A stretch of 63,854 bases of DNA, filler included, from Reticulomyxa filosa (GCA_000512085.1; 21 parts of 21 records of this genome joined end to end with filler, not necessarily neighbours in it); one strand, 5' to 3'; shown: positions 12,811 through 26,109, counted from the whole stretch's first letter. Numbers and translations are program-made. The notes: a model not told the origin generated them from the letters alone.

Positions 12811-13820
12811 TTTTCATTCGTAACTATTTTCCTCCTCTTCCTCCCTCCTCCCTCCCTCCCTCCCTCCCATCCTCTTTCCTAATCACAAGCTCGCATTTTC
12901 GCACATCATACACAACCAAAAAAAAATAAAAAAAATAAACTGTGTCACAAAGCTGTGGCCTTTTGTGATCTGGATTCCACAGCTCCTCAAATCCTTTGAC
13001 TTGGTTGGTGGTGGGGTCGGTATATAAATTCCACGGCTTAATCCAATTGATGGCGTCTTTGGGAAACAAATGACACGACGACATGTGTTTGTGACAGTGT
13101 TTGACCATAATGGACACAATGCCGTCGTAGCCGTCTCTTTCAATGCCAACGCTGGCTTTGCAAATAGGCTTGGCACGGTCTCCCCAATACTTTTCGTCAA
13201 ATCCCTTCCCAGTGATGCAGTAATAGTACACAACATGATTACCGGCTTTGTTCGTTTTCTTTCCCATGTGTTTGTACAAGTAGCCGTCGTGACATAAATA
13301 CGGATGTCGAATCGGTTTACTAAAATTTACATTCCACAGTTCGAAACGATGTTTGTTTGCCATTATTTCTTCAACTTTTTTTTTCCGTTTTGTTTTAAAA
13401 AAATCCATGTCAAAAAAAAAAAAAAAAACATCAGTCAATACGCACTGAAATATGGGTCAATTAAAAATGTATACACATATTTCATATATATACATATAAT
13501 GTAAATATACATATGTATATGCTTTTTTAATGAATACCTCCGGTGTAAACTTCGGTGTACACGTGAAAACTATGGCCAGAGGACATGTTACTCGAGGAAG
13601 ATTGAATCACTTCATTCCTCCCCATACTCATTGGCATTGACATTGACATCGGCATGGACATTGATGGCTCAGTCGGCATTGAGATTGAAATAGAGTGTGC
13701 ATTCAACGGCCCCGCGTTCATACTGTCATTGCGAACTAGTACTGCACTTGGAGGTGCGAATCCATCGTTTTCCTCCTTTAATTTCGATACAGATCCAAAA
13801 AAGCCTCCATGGCCGTACAT
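11910..13820 (-). CDS. Putative transcription factor with a WRKY/FLYWCH-type (WRKY-GCM1 superfamily) zinc finger
   Basis: Exon 2 reads LCHDGYLYK...YYYC-x-CKASV...HCHKH. Flanks are S/T/P-rich and include a basic PRKKRR NLS-like motif. Confidence 0.65.
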
Positions 13821-14279
13821 CTCGCTTACTATTTTTTCAAAAAAAAAAATGACAAATAATGTGAACTTTTTTTGGTTTCTCGGGAAAAACACTGCACTTT
13901 TCGTCAAAAGTTAGGTAAATTTAAAATCTCTTTTTTTTGTATTGCCCGATGAAATTATGAATGCTATTTATTGTGGTTTCATCTCATCCGCAAATGCTCG
14001 TGAAGATGATACTGACCCATTTAAATACGACAAATGGTTCAAGAAATGAGTTTAGCAAAAATGTGATGAAAACAAAGATAACCTTGCAGGGAATATATTT
14101 ATTATGCAAAAACTACACATTAAAAATTTTTTATTAAGCGATGCAGTTGAATATCAATGAATTGGTTTCGGTTACCACCTTGATGCAAGACGGAAAAACA
14201 AAGCACAGCAAAAAATGAATAAATGTCAATTCTCGATCAAGATAAACCAAAAATTTGAACAAAGTCACAAAAGATATAT

Positions 14280-15936
14280 CTATTTTTCTATACTCTGCAA
14301 AACTTTTCCGACAAAAACAAAATCATTCCCTTCAAGGCCAACAATAGTGCCCAAAGGTTTACTGAAAAAGTAGGGTTTGACAGTTGCAGATTTTTTTATT
14401 TCCAAAACAACTTTGGCCAACTCTTGAGACTGTAAAACTTGCAAAGGAGTCTCTGTGGTATTTTTCCACAAAACTCGGAGCAGCTGACAATCAACATGAG
14501 CGCCTCCAACACAAATACAACACGCATATCCAAACGTGGGATTCTTTTTGGTATCGTTTCGTTGTGTCTGTGAAGGCTGCAACAACTCTGCTGTTTGTGA
14601 TGAAGATTGTTGCAAAGGCTGTTGTGACTGTCGCGACGACTGTCGGTGTGGCTCCGGTTGAGAAACAGAGTCTGTAGTTGTTTTGGAGTTGACATCCGTC
14701 CAATATTGCAAAGACCGAATGGTGGTTTTTTTGTCGGTTATTATTTCAATTAGCGCAACAAAGGTGTGACCACTGACGAGTTCATCATCCACGGACTTGA
14801 TGTCCTCTTCCAAATACATCACTTCGCCTTTCTTCGGAAGTTGCGACGATATTACCACGTTCATGCCAACCGTGTCATGTGGCATCAATGATTCCTTTTG
14901 CCTTTAAAAATAAGAAAACAAATAAACAAACAATAAAAATGATCTGTTTTCTAAAGTCTTTTTTTTTTTTTTTTTATTAAAAAAAAAAAAGATAAAAACT
15001 GATGATGCATTTCGGCGGATTTAAACATAAGACGAGTACCACTTGGATGGCATAGGAAAGAAATAGACTTTGATTGATGTATATTCAGTGTCCCGAGACA
15101 TACAAAGCCAGTGACGACACGGCCAACTCCTCTAATATGATAGACCTGGTCGATGATGAACTCAAACGAGTGTTTGGAGTTTTTATACGTCGTCAATTGC
15201 TTGTTCCGATCTTTTGCCAGAGACTTGCTATTGACATGTGTAATAGCCTCCAGCAGCGTCATCATCGTCATCATCGTCGGCTGTTCGTTATTCTTTTGGA
15301 CTGGCTCAACAGGTTATACCCGGTTGCACCTGACACCGCAATGACAGGGATGTGCTGAGATTTGTACCCGTAATGCAACAACTCGTTGTGCAGCTGTGTC
15401 TTCCACTCGTTGTACACTTGGTCGCCACTTTTCAAGTTTGGAGTCAGGAGCACTTCGTCAAACTTGTTCAATGCAAAAATTATGGAGGCTACTCCCAACA
15501 GCTGGAACACTTTCAAATGTGCCTTCATTTGCTTGTTGTCTGCCACTGATATTGGCTTGGACGCGTCGATCACGTATAATATCGCACTACTCAAAACTAT
15601 CCCTTTCAGACGTGATTTGATTAGCGAAGGATGTCCTGGCGTGTCCATTACTGTCACTTCACCTGACGATAAAATGCACTGGCGATACTTTCGAGTTATT
15701 GTCATCTTCTTATCCCTTTCTTCTTTCAATTGATCAAGCAGCCATGGATAAGCCAATATCTTTGCCTTTTTTTCGTCGCCTCCCTCTTCTACTACATTCT
15801 TTTGCAACTTTTCCAGAAAGCGAAGTGGATACACACCCAACTCGCACAAAAAATTCCCTAATAATGTGCTTTTTCCACTTTGGAAATCGCCCACTGTGCA
15901 CAAGGTACAACGAGCTTTACCATTATTGTCACTCAT
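14280..15936 (-). CDS. Highly divergent EF1A/HBS1/eRF3-family translational GTPase
   Basis: G1 GDFQSGKST, YPWLLDQLKEERDKKMTI, DTPGH, NKFD, SGATGYNL, domain II VYHIRGVGRVVTG and DTVGMNV. One intron and one frameshift near 15280. Confidence 0.88.
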
Positions 15937-17059
15937 TTCAAAAATTGCTAAGAAGTATTTTGTACACGCTCCCTTTTTATTGTCAGACTTTTTTTGCAAA
16001 ACAAAACAGTAATTCTGTTTTAAAAAAGTAACCAAAATTTAAATCGCTCGGAAATACTAAAATTACAAACAAATTTGCGTTGTAGAACTGTCATTATTAT
16101 CGAGCAAAAAGAATACAACAACGTAATTTGAGCGCTCTTTTCTTTGTCTTGCATTTTTGTTTTATACACAATTGTAATGCAACAAAATTCAAATCAAATA
16201 CAATTATTATTGCTCTTTCATTTTAAAACGTCTTTCAAAACTAAGTAAAAAGAGGGATCAAAGAGATATACAATGTCTGTACTCAATGGACTAACTAGCA
16301 ATCGAATCCGTGCTGGGGACAAAGTTTCTGATCGGCTCCGATTTTTACAAGATATCGAAGACACAGACAAAAATGACCAGCAGTTGNNNNNNNNNNNNNN
16401 NNNNNNNNNNNNNNNNNNNNNNNNNNNNNNTTAATTAATTAANNNNNNNNNNNNNNNNNNNNNNNNNNNNNNNNNNNNNNNNNNNNTTTTGGATTTGCTG
16501 CGTTCGACAAGTGCTGGTAACAAAACTTTATGTAATGCTTGAATCATCTAATCTTTCTGACTTTGGGCAATCTTAAATGTATTGATCCTCCTCAAACTTG
16601 CTAATATAAAGTTTGAAGTTTCTTCATTGCATTATAAAGGGTTGGTTGTTTTTTTTTGAATTCAACAATGGTTTTGGATTTATACATTTTGATTTTATTT
16701 TAAAACATTGAATGTGCATAAAGATACACTTCCTTTATGAGTAAAATTGTTGAGATAAAAAATTTTATATATGTCACAAATACTTTAATGCATATAACTT
16801 TTTTGTTGAATCTCATGCAATAGGTTTTTTCCTTTCTGAACTTAAGCAAAATGATTTTGGAAAAAGGACACAAGATAACAAGTATATCTCAGGGTATATT
16901 ACAGATAGCTAAATTCCAATGTTCAAAAAACTTCTTTATAATATTAAAAACACTCTGCACATTTCAAAATATAATCACGTCATTGTAATTTAATCAATAT
17001 TATAATCTTATGAAGAAAATCATAATTTTTGTTTTTTAGTCGAACAATACACGTATCCA

Positions 17060-17715
17060 TTATTTGATAACTATTTAGAGTATCTATACAATTTCTATAA
17101 AAACATTTACATTTTGAATGCGACTCAAATTGGAGAAAAACTATTTATTCAAGAAAAAGGCATTTGTCAAGGCGATTCGATTCCCCCATCATCGCTCAAC
17201 TTGTGCGTTTCTATTATGAGTTAGAATTCTTCTCAAAAAATGAGATAAACAACGACAATGGGTTCGTAAAAATTTGAGGTTACCTCGACGATGTTATCTT
17301 CATCATCAAAAATGAAAGCATGTCGCCTAAACAATTTTGTTCCAACTATCTCTCAGAGATGTACGACAAAAATTGGCAAATAAAAGTATTAATATCCAAT
17401 GCCGCCAAATTCCTTGACATTGAAATCGAAACTCATATGTCCTACTTTCATTTTACAAGAGACTTTCCTCAACTAATTCAAGACAAGCCAAAAAACTTCC
17501 AGAAAAAATTTCAAGAAAAAGAATTTCAAATGGAAATTTCCTACGAAATTCACAATATCGAATCAACAAAAATCATTTTCAAACCCATACCAAAGAATTT
17601 CTTAACGATAAACAAAGATATTTTAAATTTACAAAGAAAAGGAGAAAAGAAGAAAAAGTATTATTTTAAAGAAAGAATAGTCGCTATACTCGCTCAAGGA
17701 AGAAATTTACTATAA
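17060..17715 (+). mobile_element. Decayed reverse transcriptase, Penelope-like element (PLE) type
   Basis: Across shifted frames: LFIQEKGICQGDSI (motif B'), YLDDVIF (motif C), KFLDIEI (motif E), then SYFHF. Confidence 0.7.
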
Positions 17716-18189
17716 ATGAACGTTCCGAAAAAAGGAACTTTTTAAAAAACAAAACTTTTTCTTGCTCAAAGTGTTTCAAAGTTTTAAGTTTTTTAATTTT
17801 CCAAAAGAAGCGAAAGGAAAAAGAATTCCTTTACTATCTTGCCTTTGAACCAACATTGGTAAGCTAAGAAAAAAGAAAAAAGAATAGCTCATGGTTTTAA
17901 TAATTTTTTCAATATGGACATATTATTGTTTTTCAACAAGATTGTCCTTGTGGAAAAATATTTTCGCCAGATAGCTTTCCTCTTTGTTCTGTTTGTTTTT
18001 TTTGTTTGTTTGTTTTTTTTTGTTTGTTTTTTTTTTTTTGTTTTTTTTTATCTTTTGTTTTGTTCTGTCTAAGTAAGTATGTATTGTGTATATCCTTTTT
18101 TTATAAAATAAATTTTTATTGGCCAAAGTTTTTGTCATAGAGTCATTAATTTGACGAAGGCCTAACAATAAAAAGACAAACAACCCAAC

Positions 18190-19900
18190 TAGTTATAAAA
18201 AGTAAATTTTATACGTTCAGGTATTCGCATCTTTCAAAAAATCGATCTCCAATGTAAAATTTTTCCACTACTGCATAGAAAGCCTCCACCGATGGCAAAA
18301 ATGATACAGAAGAAGCAAAAAACACAGCAAGTAACGTCGTTAACACGCCAACAGATAATGCAGTCGACGTTTCCATGACTGATATTGAGATTGGAACTTT
18401 GGCTGAAATGAATAAGATTGATTATAGTCAGAATCAGTCCTTGGAACATGGACAGTAAAATAATCGATAATATAATTGACCTCTTTTCCACAGCGATCGA
18501 CTGTCCAATCATGTCTGTCGTAAGGCAAAGGTATGCCAAACCATCAATGAAAGAATTGTGCTTTTTTCCTAGTAAATGCCATCCTTGCCTTCAAACTTGG
18601 CCAATTTTGGTGTTGCACACGTATGCTTATGCAAGTCTTCATATTCCAATATCGCCTGCCATGTCTGCGCCGTCACCATTTGGTGCATCGTCGCTGTATT
18701 CGATTGGCTTCTTACGTCGTGCCAACGCGTGATACACTTGGATTCAACCACGCTTGTCCTTCTTCACTGTTCCCACGTCTGGTGGATGGAATCTCTCCCT
18801 CCGGAACCGTGTCGTTCGTCGTCGGACTTTTCGTGCGGGCACACGTGGTCGGAAGTATCAGGAGGCTCTGATGGCAAGGACGTCTGCGAAGAGGATTTTG
18901 GCAATAATAAGGTGCCTCCACTCCTTGGACACACTTTTGGTGGTTCATCGTTTGATGACATGTTGACATAATTTGTGAATGAATGATTGAAAGGGGATAA
19001 CTTTTTGTTTTTTTTTAGAAACAGGCAAAACGGCTAATTTTTGAAAAGAATTATGTTTTTTTTTTTGTCTCTTTTTTTAAAAATTATGATTGATAAAAGA
19101 ATTTTAAAGATATTTTTTTTTCTACAAAGTACTAAAAAAAAATGCTAGCTCGTATTGAAAGTCAATGCCTCTACCTTTGACAATTGTTACAGCAAACTTT
19201 GAACGTTTTCTAAAAGGGAGTTGAAACAATGGCAATTACGGCCGAGAAAAATGGTCAATGCCACTCTCTCTGCTAACTTTTGCTCGATGTTGGGGCCAGT
19301 CAAGGCGGCAACGAAAACGTGTAATTCTTTCGGCAATTTGGAAAGCATAGTAGTTTTGCTCCGAAAGCTTGCGCCAAGAGTCGTGAATTTTTTCGGATTT
19401 CAACGATATTGAAAGGCACGGATTGAAAACCCTTGACAGTGTGTACATAAAGAAAGTTGTCGTATATGTGGAAAATTTGGTCTATGCCAGGTAGCACAAT
19501 GTAAGGAGTCGCCTCGGTACTGCAGTAATGGTCGTATTGTCCTATAAACTCATGTGACTCCGACAAACAATCCCACAACTTTAGAGCCATAATTGGACGA
19601 ATTATTCTGTCAAAGGTCACTAGTTTGTAAGGGCCAATGTGGATGATGATGTCAATCACATTTGTGTTCTTGATCACCTTTCGCAATCGTATAGTCCCGT
19701 CCGTGAGGACAGTAAAGATAGTCAAGTCATGTCCTCCAGTAATGACATTACCAGTCGACGGCTACAGACATGGAATAAAACGCGATCCATAGCGCAGGAG
19801 CTGATTTGCGTGCACTATTCACGTGTCACTTTCCATACGGTCAACAGGCTATGACAACATGCACCGACTACTAAGTAGCCTCTGGACGTCGCTACGAACA
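18190..19900 (-). pseudogene. Decayed membrane-protein (GPCR-like) coding relic
   Basis: Hydrophobic segments ([36 protein letters not shown]) and LVTFDR, broken by stops and frameshifts; coding-like base composition. Confidence 0.35.
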
Positions 19901-20094
19901 TCCTTATTGGTTATCTAAAATTATTTTATCCACCCAAAATAATTGAAAATGATGAAGAAGTTATAATACGTTATAATGTTTGGACATTTTTTTACAAAAT
20001 AAAAAACAATAACGAAAGAATCTTATTTAGATTGCTGTTTTAATGTGAAAAAGAAAGTTTAAACAATAAAATATTTAATTATTTGACAAAAATA

Positions 20095-20640
20095 ATGACT
20101 AATCTAGCTATTGATGAATCATACAACGTAAGTGTAAGAATCGACATCCATATAGCACCTAACATATATTGTCTTTGGGATCGTCATTGCTGTCATGTCT
20201 CACTATTAAAACAGCAAATCGCAGGTGATTGTCGCTTGTAGTCTCCAAAACATTATCGGCCTTTACTCAAGCATATTCCTACTCGATGCCAAAATTCAGT
20301 GATATGTCTGTCTAGATACCCCCTAGGACCATCTATATCTGATATATTGAACAACCCAAAGTGATCTATGTGGTCATGTAGATCCTCTCCTACAGGCCGC
20401 ATCCATAGGCTTTGGGTTTTAAAAGGTTACTCATGCCACATACTAGTGACCTTTGTCTTAATATGATCACTTTACCAACTACCTGTTTGTTTTGCCATAT
20501 GATGTCTAGGCATTGTTGCTACCTGCCCTCGCGATAGAATATCTAGTTAGATTATGTATTTTATCCCAGAGACCGGCCCTAGATTTACGAGTTAAAACAC
20601 CTCATGGAAGTTTATGCAATTTAACTTATTGAACGCTAAA
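20095..20640 (+). pseudogene. Second decayed membrane-protein relic, inverted relative to 19200-19900
   Basis: Fragments YIVFGIVIAVM and VIVACSLQNIIGLYSSIFLL. Shares ACTAGTGACCTTTG and CATTGT(T)GCTACCTG with the minus-strand relic. Confidence 0.3.
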
Positions 20641-21318
20641 TAACTAAAAACAAAACTAAAACTAATCAAAAGGGTTCGCAGTGGGGAAAGTCTAGTTGGA
20701 CAAAAAATAGTAAATTTTTTAGTGCACCTTTGTTTGTTCCATATTTACATATATGAAACGTGTAAGTGCTTATGAAGCTACATATATTTGACTTTGATAA
20801 AAATACTTGCAATGAAAAATATGACAAACTACCATATCAAATTATAAAACAAGTCCAATGTATCCAGCAAAATTAAAAAAAATGTAAATGTATTTTCACA
20901 AGTATCCAGGGATTCAAAAATAAGAACCCCTAAAGCAAGTGCACAAAGCTAGTGACAGAAAATAACTGTCTCAGTCCATAGATCCCGTTTCGTGCGTGTT
21001 ATGATTGTCGATTATTATCCATTCATTTTCTTTTGGAGTCAGTGTCTTTTGTCATTGTATCACACGTTTCCTTATTCCTTGCAATCGACTCCATAGCGAC
21101 TTTGTCAGCCATGCCATCGTGGTTTGTGTGTATCATTGTCTTTACCGTTGTCACTGTTCTCTGAGGTCAGTTTGCAGTGGATTGCAATCGTGTAATATCA
21201 CTTTTGAGNNNNNNNNNNNNNNNNNNNNNNNNNNNNNNNNNNNNNNNNNNNNTTAATTAATTAANNNNNNNNNNNNNNNNNNNNNNNNNNNNNNNNNNNN
21301 NNNNNNNNAAAAAAAAAA

Positions 21319-21350
<32 letters not shown>

Positions 21351-21352
<2 letters not shown>

Positions 21353-22038
21353 ACATGTGCAAAGAAGCACAAATCGGATGGATGAGCCGTGAAGATATGT
21401 TGAAAGCACTTCGTAAAATTCCTCAGTCCTGTGTGTATGAAGAGCACCAAGCTAAAATTCGAGGAAAAAGCGGCGGTCATATGGTGATATTGCATCCAAA
21501 TGAACATGAGAAGATCAACAAAATTTATGAGAAATACAAAGAGATATCGAAAGTGATTGAAGATGTGCAAATGGAGATAACTGAATTGGAAGAAAATGGG
21601 AAAAAAGCAAAAGATAAAGTGATGACTTGTTGTAAGTCAATAAAGTCAAGTATTGAAACCTATGAACAGCAAATGATGGAAAAAATTGAATCGTACAAAA
21701 ATATGAAAAAGCAGATATTAACGGATCATTTGAATCATCTTCACACCATTGAACAATTGTTCAAAGTCAAAAATGAAGAAATAAACCATTGTATTAATGA
21801 CTCTGATATTAATATCAACGATCGGAAATTGAAATTGCAACAATTGTTGGATGACTCCTCGGTTCAAACGATATCTTGGAATAATCATGGCAAGCAAGTG
21901 GACACAGTGATTGATATTGATTCATTTGATTCATTGTTCGATTCTGTGAAGCATTTGTTTCAACAATATATGGTCATTCACGAACGTGGCATTATCAAAA
22001 TGGATATAGATTGTTGCTTGATAAACATAAACAATTGA
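21351..22038 (+). CDS. Coiled-coil protein fragment (similar to the region after a B-box in TRIM-like proteins)
   Basis: 227-aa ORF behind a poly-A AG acceptor; C..H...H followed by long heptad-like E/K/Q-rich helices. Confidence 0.5.
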
Positions 22039-22659
22039 AGACGATGGATTGTGAGCGCCTCTACATCATTTGAAGTAACAAGCAATAAAAGTCATTTGTT
22101 TAATTGTTTCATTTTTGTTCGTTGTGTAGGGCAAGGAAGTTAAGAATTGACCCTATCTCTTCAATCTTTCACTCGTTTTCTTCTTTGTTGTGTCTTATCA
22201 TTCATATTTCTCTTGATGCAACTATTTTGTTTCTTGTTGAAAAATCGCTCAGAAAGCAACATTTTCGTATTACACTTTGTGCAATTCTTAAAGTAGCGTC
22301 AGTACCCTCAATTGGATTAGGAAAAGATCGCGTATTATATTGATAAGAAAATGACAATGTTCAAATAATCGCTCATCCAAGGCTCAAAAGGGAGCACAAG
22401 GCCGACAAAGCGAATGGTTTTGCGTCAAAGAAATAGAATCATGTTCATTTGAAATAGAAAGAATTCTATGTTGTATAAAAGTTAGCTTTTCTTCTCAATG
22501 TTAGATATAATTGCAATTCCCAAAGGATTGTTATTGACAAAATAATTGCTCTACCTTTTTCTTTTTCTGGTCTTTGCATTTAAAAATCGGCAAAATTATG
22601 GATACACACAAAAGATTATCATTTTTTTAAAAACATGTTATCATGTCAAGTTTAAAAAC

Positions 22660-24759
22660 TCAGTGTATTCGCAACATCGGCAAAACAACCATAAAAACAA
22701 ATAAAATGAGCAAAAGTTGTGAAACGGAGGAAAATATATCAATAAGACCACCGAATGAAGAAGAGAACCAAGAAGATAAAGAAAACCAACTGTCACTCGA
22801 TGTAGCAGTATTGTGAAAGAGAGTACTGGTTTGTTTTGGAAAAGACAACTCAACAGAGTTCCATTGTGAGATGGACGCCGCGTCATTGGCATCCCATTCT
22901 TTTTCAGTGGATGAAATCCATTGAACCAAGCTTTGGACATTGTCGATAAACAAAGATTGATTCTGTTTATGAAAAACATTGGATACTAATTTTCCATTCG
23001 AAGGATACCTTTTGACTCTATTTTTGATAGCACCCAAAGCAACTACGCCAATAGGAGAAGTGGCCGATGCTCCAGATCCCGCTTTACTGTTAACTGTTTT
23101 TCCATCAATAGATCGGCAAAATTCATTTTCATTTTCACATAAGACGTAGGCAAAACGTAGATTTTCAGTCGACAATGCACTGGCGCATTGTGCAAGTAAC
23201 AGTACATGATCCAAAGCAGATCTAGTCTCTTCACCAGTAGGAGAAGTGATTCGGAGAGTGGATTGATAAATAGTGAAGATATAAAGCACTTGTTTTTCCA
23301 ACAAGTAAGCCAAGTCAACAAAGTTATCACGATAAATGCGACTTACCAAAGGCAGTTGATGAGCTTTCACAAACTCTTGGATTTGTGAAGGTTCAGTAGA
23401 TGATATGGAGTGAGCATACATACCATAGTCATCTGACGACTCAAACCACGAGCAAATATTTTCATTATTATTATTATTATTATTATTGTTATCATTATTA
23501 TTGTTATCATTATTATTATTATTATTATTATCATTAGTATTAGTTTCGGTATTGGTACGACCATCTTCACAAATCTCAAAGAGCTGTCTTAATGCAATTG
23601 TGTTTGAAAACACAATGACAGACGGGATTTCAATTTCGAGTCCCAGCTTATCAAAAATGGTGACTTTTTAATTTGTCATCGTCAGTGCCACTGTCAGAAT
23701 CACCACGACGGTGATGATGGCCAGCTTTGGATGGGGACACATAATAGTAGCCAAAGTGGACTTTGGTTTCGAACTGGCTTTGTGAGGCCAGCCAATTGAT
23801 CATAATGTGTCTATTGTCAAATGTGCGAGCGTCGCTGAGACATATCACTTTGACTTTTTGATCGTCATCAATCTGTGCCTTTGGTTTTGATTTTCGTTTG
23901 TCTTTATCTTTATCTTTTTCTTTGTCTTTGTCTTTGTCTTTGTCGATATAATCAGGAAATAAGAATGCAAGAATTTGTGCATTCGTTGAAATTTCGTGAA
24001 TTTGTGGTGCAAATAAATGTTTGGAAATTTCATTGATAATCTTATTACTATCGATGCCTGGTTTGAATTCAATCACTTTTTCTCGGGTCATTTTTTGGCT
24101 GTTTTTCGACGTTTGATAAGAGGCCACAAAGGAGGGTACACGATAGAGTTTGAAGTGTTGAATCAATTGTGGCGCATGACCGATGTCCACTTTGGCGCAT
24201 CGCACCATGTCTCGCAGCTTGACACATGCGTCTTCAAAAATGGGCAATGCCACTTTACATTGGCTGTTGTATTGCTCGTAAAAATAAATCAAAAATGGCT
24301 CCTCCAATTTATATAATAGCAAATTCACGTTATCCGTTGTCAATTGGATTCCTATCCCCTTGTCTGTGTTTTGGCCACGTCCATGATGATAAAATGGGTG
24401 CTGACGTGCTCGTTCTTGGTCGTCATATTCTTGGCGCTTCTTTGCATTACCTAGAATTTCAAATGCATTGTTTATTCGAACCATACGCTCATTCGTCACT
24501 CCTCCGTTTATATCTGGATGATATTTCTTTGCTAATTTTTTGTAGGCTTTACTACAACACAGTTCAACATCAAACACATTACAACCCTTTTTTTTTTTTA
24601 ATGATTTGTTCAAAGGGTCGGAAATTTCCTTCTGTCACTCAACGAAATCTCTTTTTGAGTCGCATGCTTTGGTACTCCAAGTTCCTTGTAGGGATCTAAT
24701 GAACATTGTACTAAAAAAAAACAAAGTGAAATTGCAAGCCAAAAGAGTAGCTTGACCAT
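22660..24759 (-). CDS. ER-type DnaJ protein: signal peptide, J domain, thioredoxin-like folds and C-terminal TM (DNAJC16/ERdj-like)
   Basis: MVKLLFWLAISLCFFLVQCS-LDPYKELGV / KAYKKLAKKYHPD; FLIYFY...C...CAKVD...VPSF; C-terminal hydrophobic helix. One intron and a frameshift near 23665. Confidence 0.85.
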
Positions 24760-25075
24760 TTCACTATGAGGTTAACAAACAAAAAAAAAAACCTGGCCCG
24801 ACGGAGTTATACACATGCATACGTTGGACATGTTGGGTCGTATTTTTTTTGAAGGGCTGTTGCTTGTTTGCTGGACAAGTTTACTTAGACAAATAGCCAA
24901 GACTGATAGATTCCAGCAATAAAAGTAAAGACACAATAAACATATCATTTAAATAGTTTCAACACTAGAAAGTAAAATCACGAAACAAATAAAAACTTGT
25001 GCCTTTTTTCGGTTTTGTTGAAAATCGAAAAACTTTATAAAAAAGTTCGGCCTAGAAAAAAAGCTCAGAAAGATA

Positions 25076-25611
25076 ATGGCTCAAGCTCCTCTGGATACCC
25101 TCGTGACCACCCCCTATCTAATAACTTTAACAAATGCACTAAATACTAGTCCCTTACAATTGTCAGAAGAAGCAGCAACGATAAAGGACAAGAGTTTGTT
25201 GTCGAAACTGTCGAAGCAGTTGGAAAGCAATGAAGAGGGTTGTAGTGAGGTGTTGGATATTTGTATGGGATATCTTTGCAGCAGCGATTATAGTGCACAA
25301 TATCCGTGTATTTTGGTAGTGATAAATTACTGTGTAAGATATTGTGTAGCCTTTCGAGACGTAATCTCCGGCAAGTATATAATGAACAAACTGTTGCGAA
25401 TTGCAACGACAAAAACAAAGGAGGAAGTCATTACAAAATGCGAATGGAATTGATCCGAATGTTGATTGACTGGAGAAATCAATACACTGACAAGAGTGAA
25501 TTTGAGCAAATCCATGACAAATTACTGGGATGTGGCGCTGTTGAAGAGTATCAGAGATACCAACAAAAAATATAATCAAGTCAAAGGGAACCCAGATCAG
25601 TATACGTATGT
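25076..25611 (+). CDS. VHS/ENTH-like domain protein, 3'-truncated
   Basis: Helical domain containing INYCVRYC..FRDVI and MELIRMLIDW; frameshift in an A-run near 25437. Confidence 0.6.
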
Positions 25612-25734
25612 NNNNNNNNNNNNNNNNNNNNNNNNNNNNNNNNNNNNNNNNNNNNTTAATTAATTAANNNNNNNNNNNNNNNNNNNNNNNNNNNNNNNNN
25701 NNNNNNNNNNNTTTTTTTTTTTTTTTTTGATTAG

Positions 25735-26109
25735 ACCAAAAGCAATATCTTTCCACCAACAAGTGGTGGTGCTTCGAAAATGTGCGAGGAGTTAAATCAA
25801 AATTACTTGGGTAGTATCCCTTTGGACCCGCAACTATTGCAAGCTTGTGACAATGGAAAGTGCTTTGTCAAGGAATGCCGCCGTCGTCAAACGAAGAGCG
25901 GTAATGAACAGGAGAAAAGTGACACCACAAATTTCACACATAAAGCTTTAACCGATGTCATTCTTAACATTGGAAAACATCTCTCTCCTATTGTCTTGCA
26001 ATCCATGCAGATCATGAAAGACAAAGCCGACTCACATCCATCTCAAGACGACACTGAGGATGATGAGCCAACCGTTGATCGAGATACAGTCATGAAAGAC
26101 CAAATTTGA
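25735..26109 (+). CDS. NUBP1: Cytosolic Fe-S assembly factor NUBP1/Nbp35 family, last exon
   Basis: IFPPTSGGASKMCEE...YLGSIPLDPQLLQACDNG. Confidence 0.85.
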   Translation, partial: TKSNIFPPTSGGASKMCEELNQNYLGSIPLDPQLLQACDNGKCFVKECRRRQTKSGNEQEKSDTTNFTHKALTDVILNIGKHLSPIVLQSMQIMKDKADSHPSQDDTEDDEPTVDRDTVMKDQI

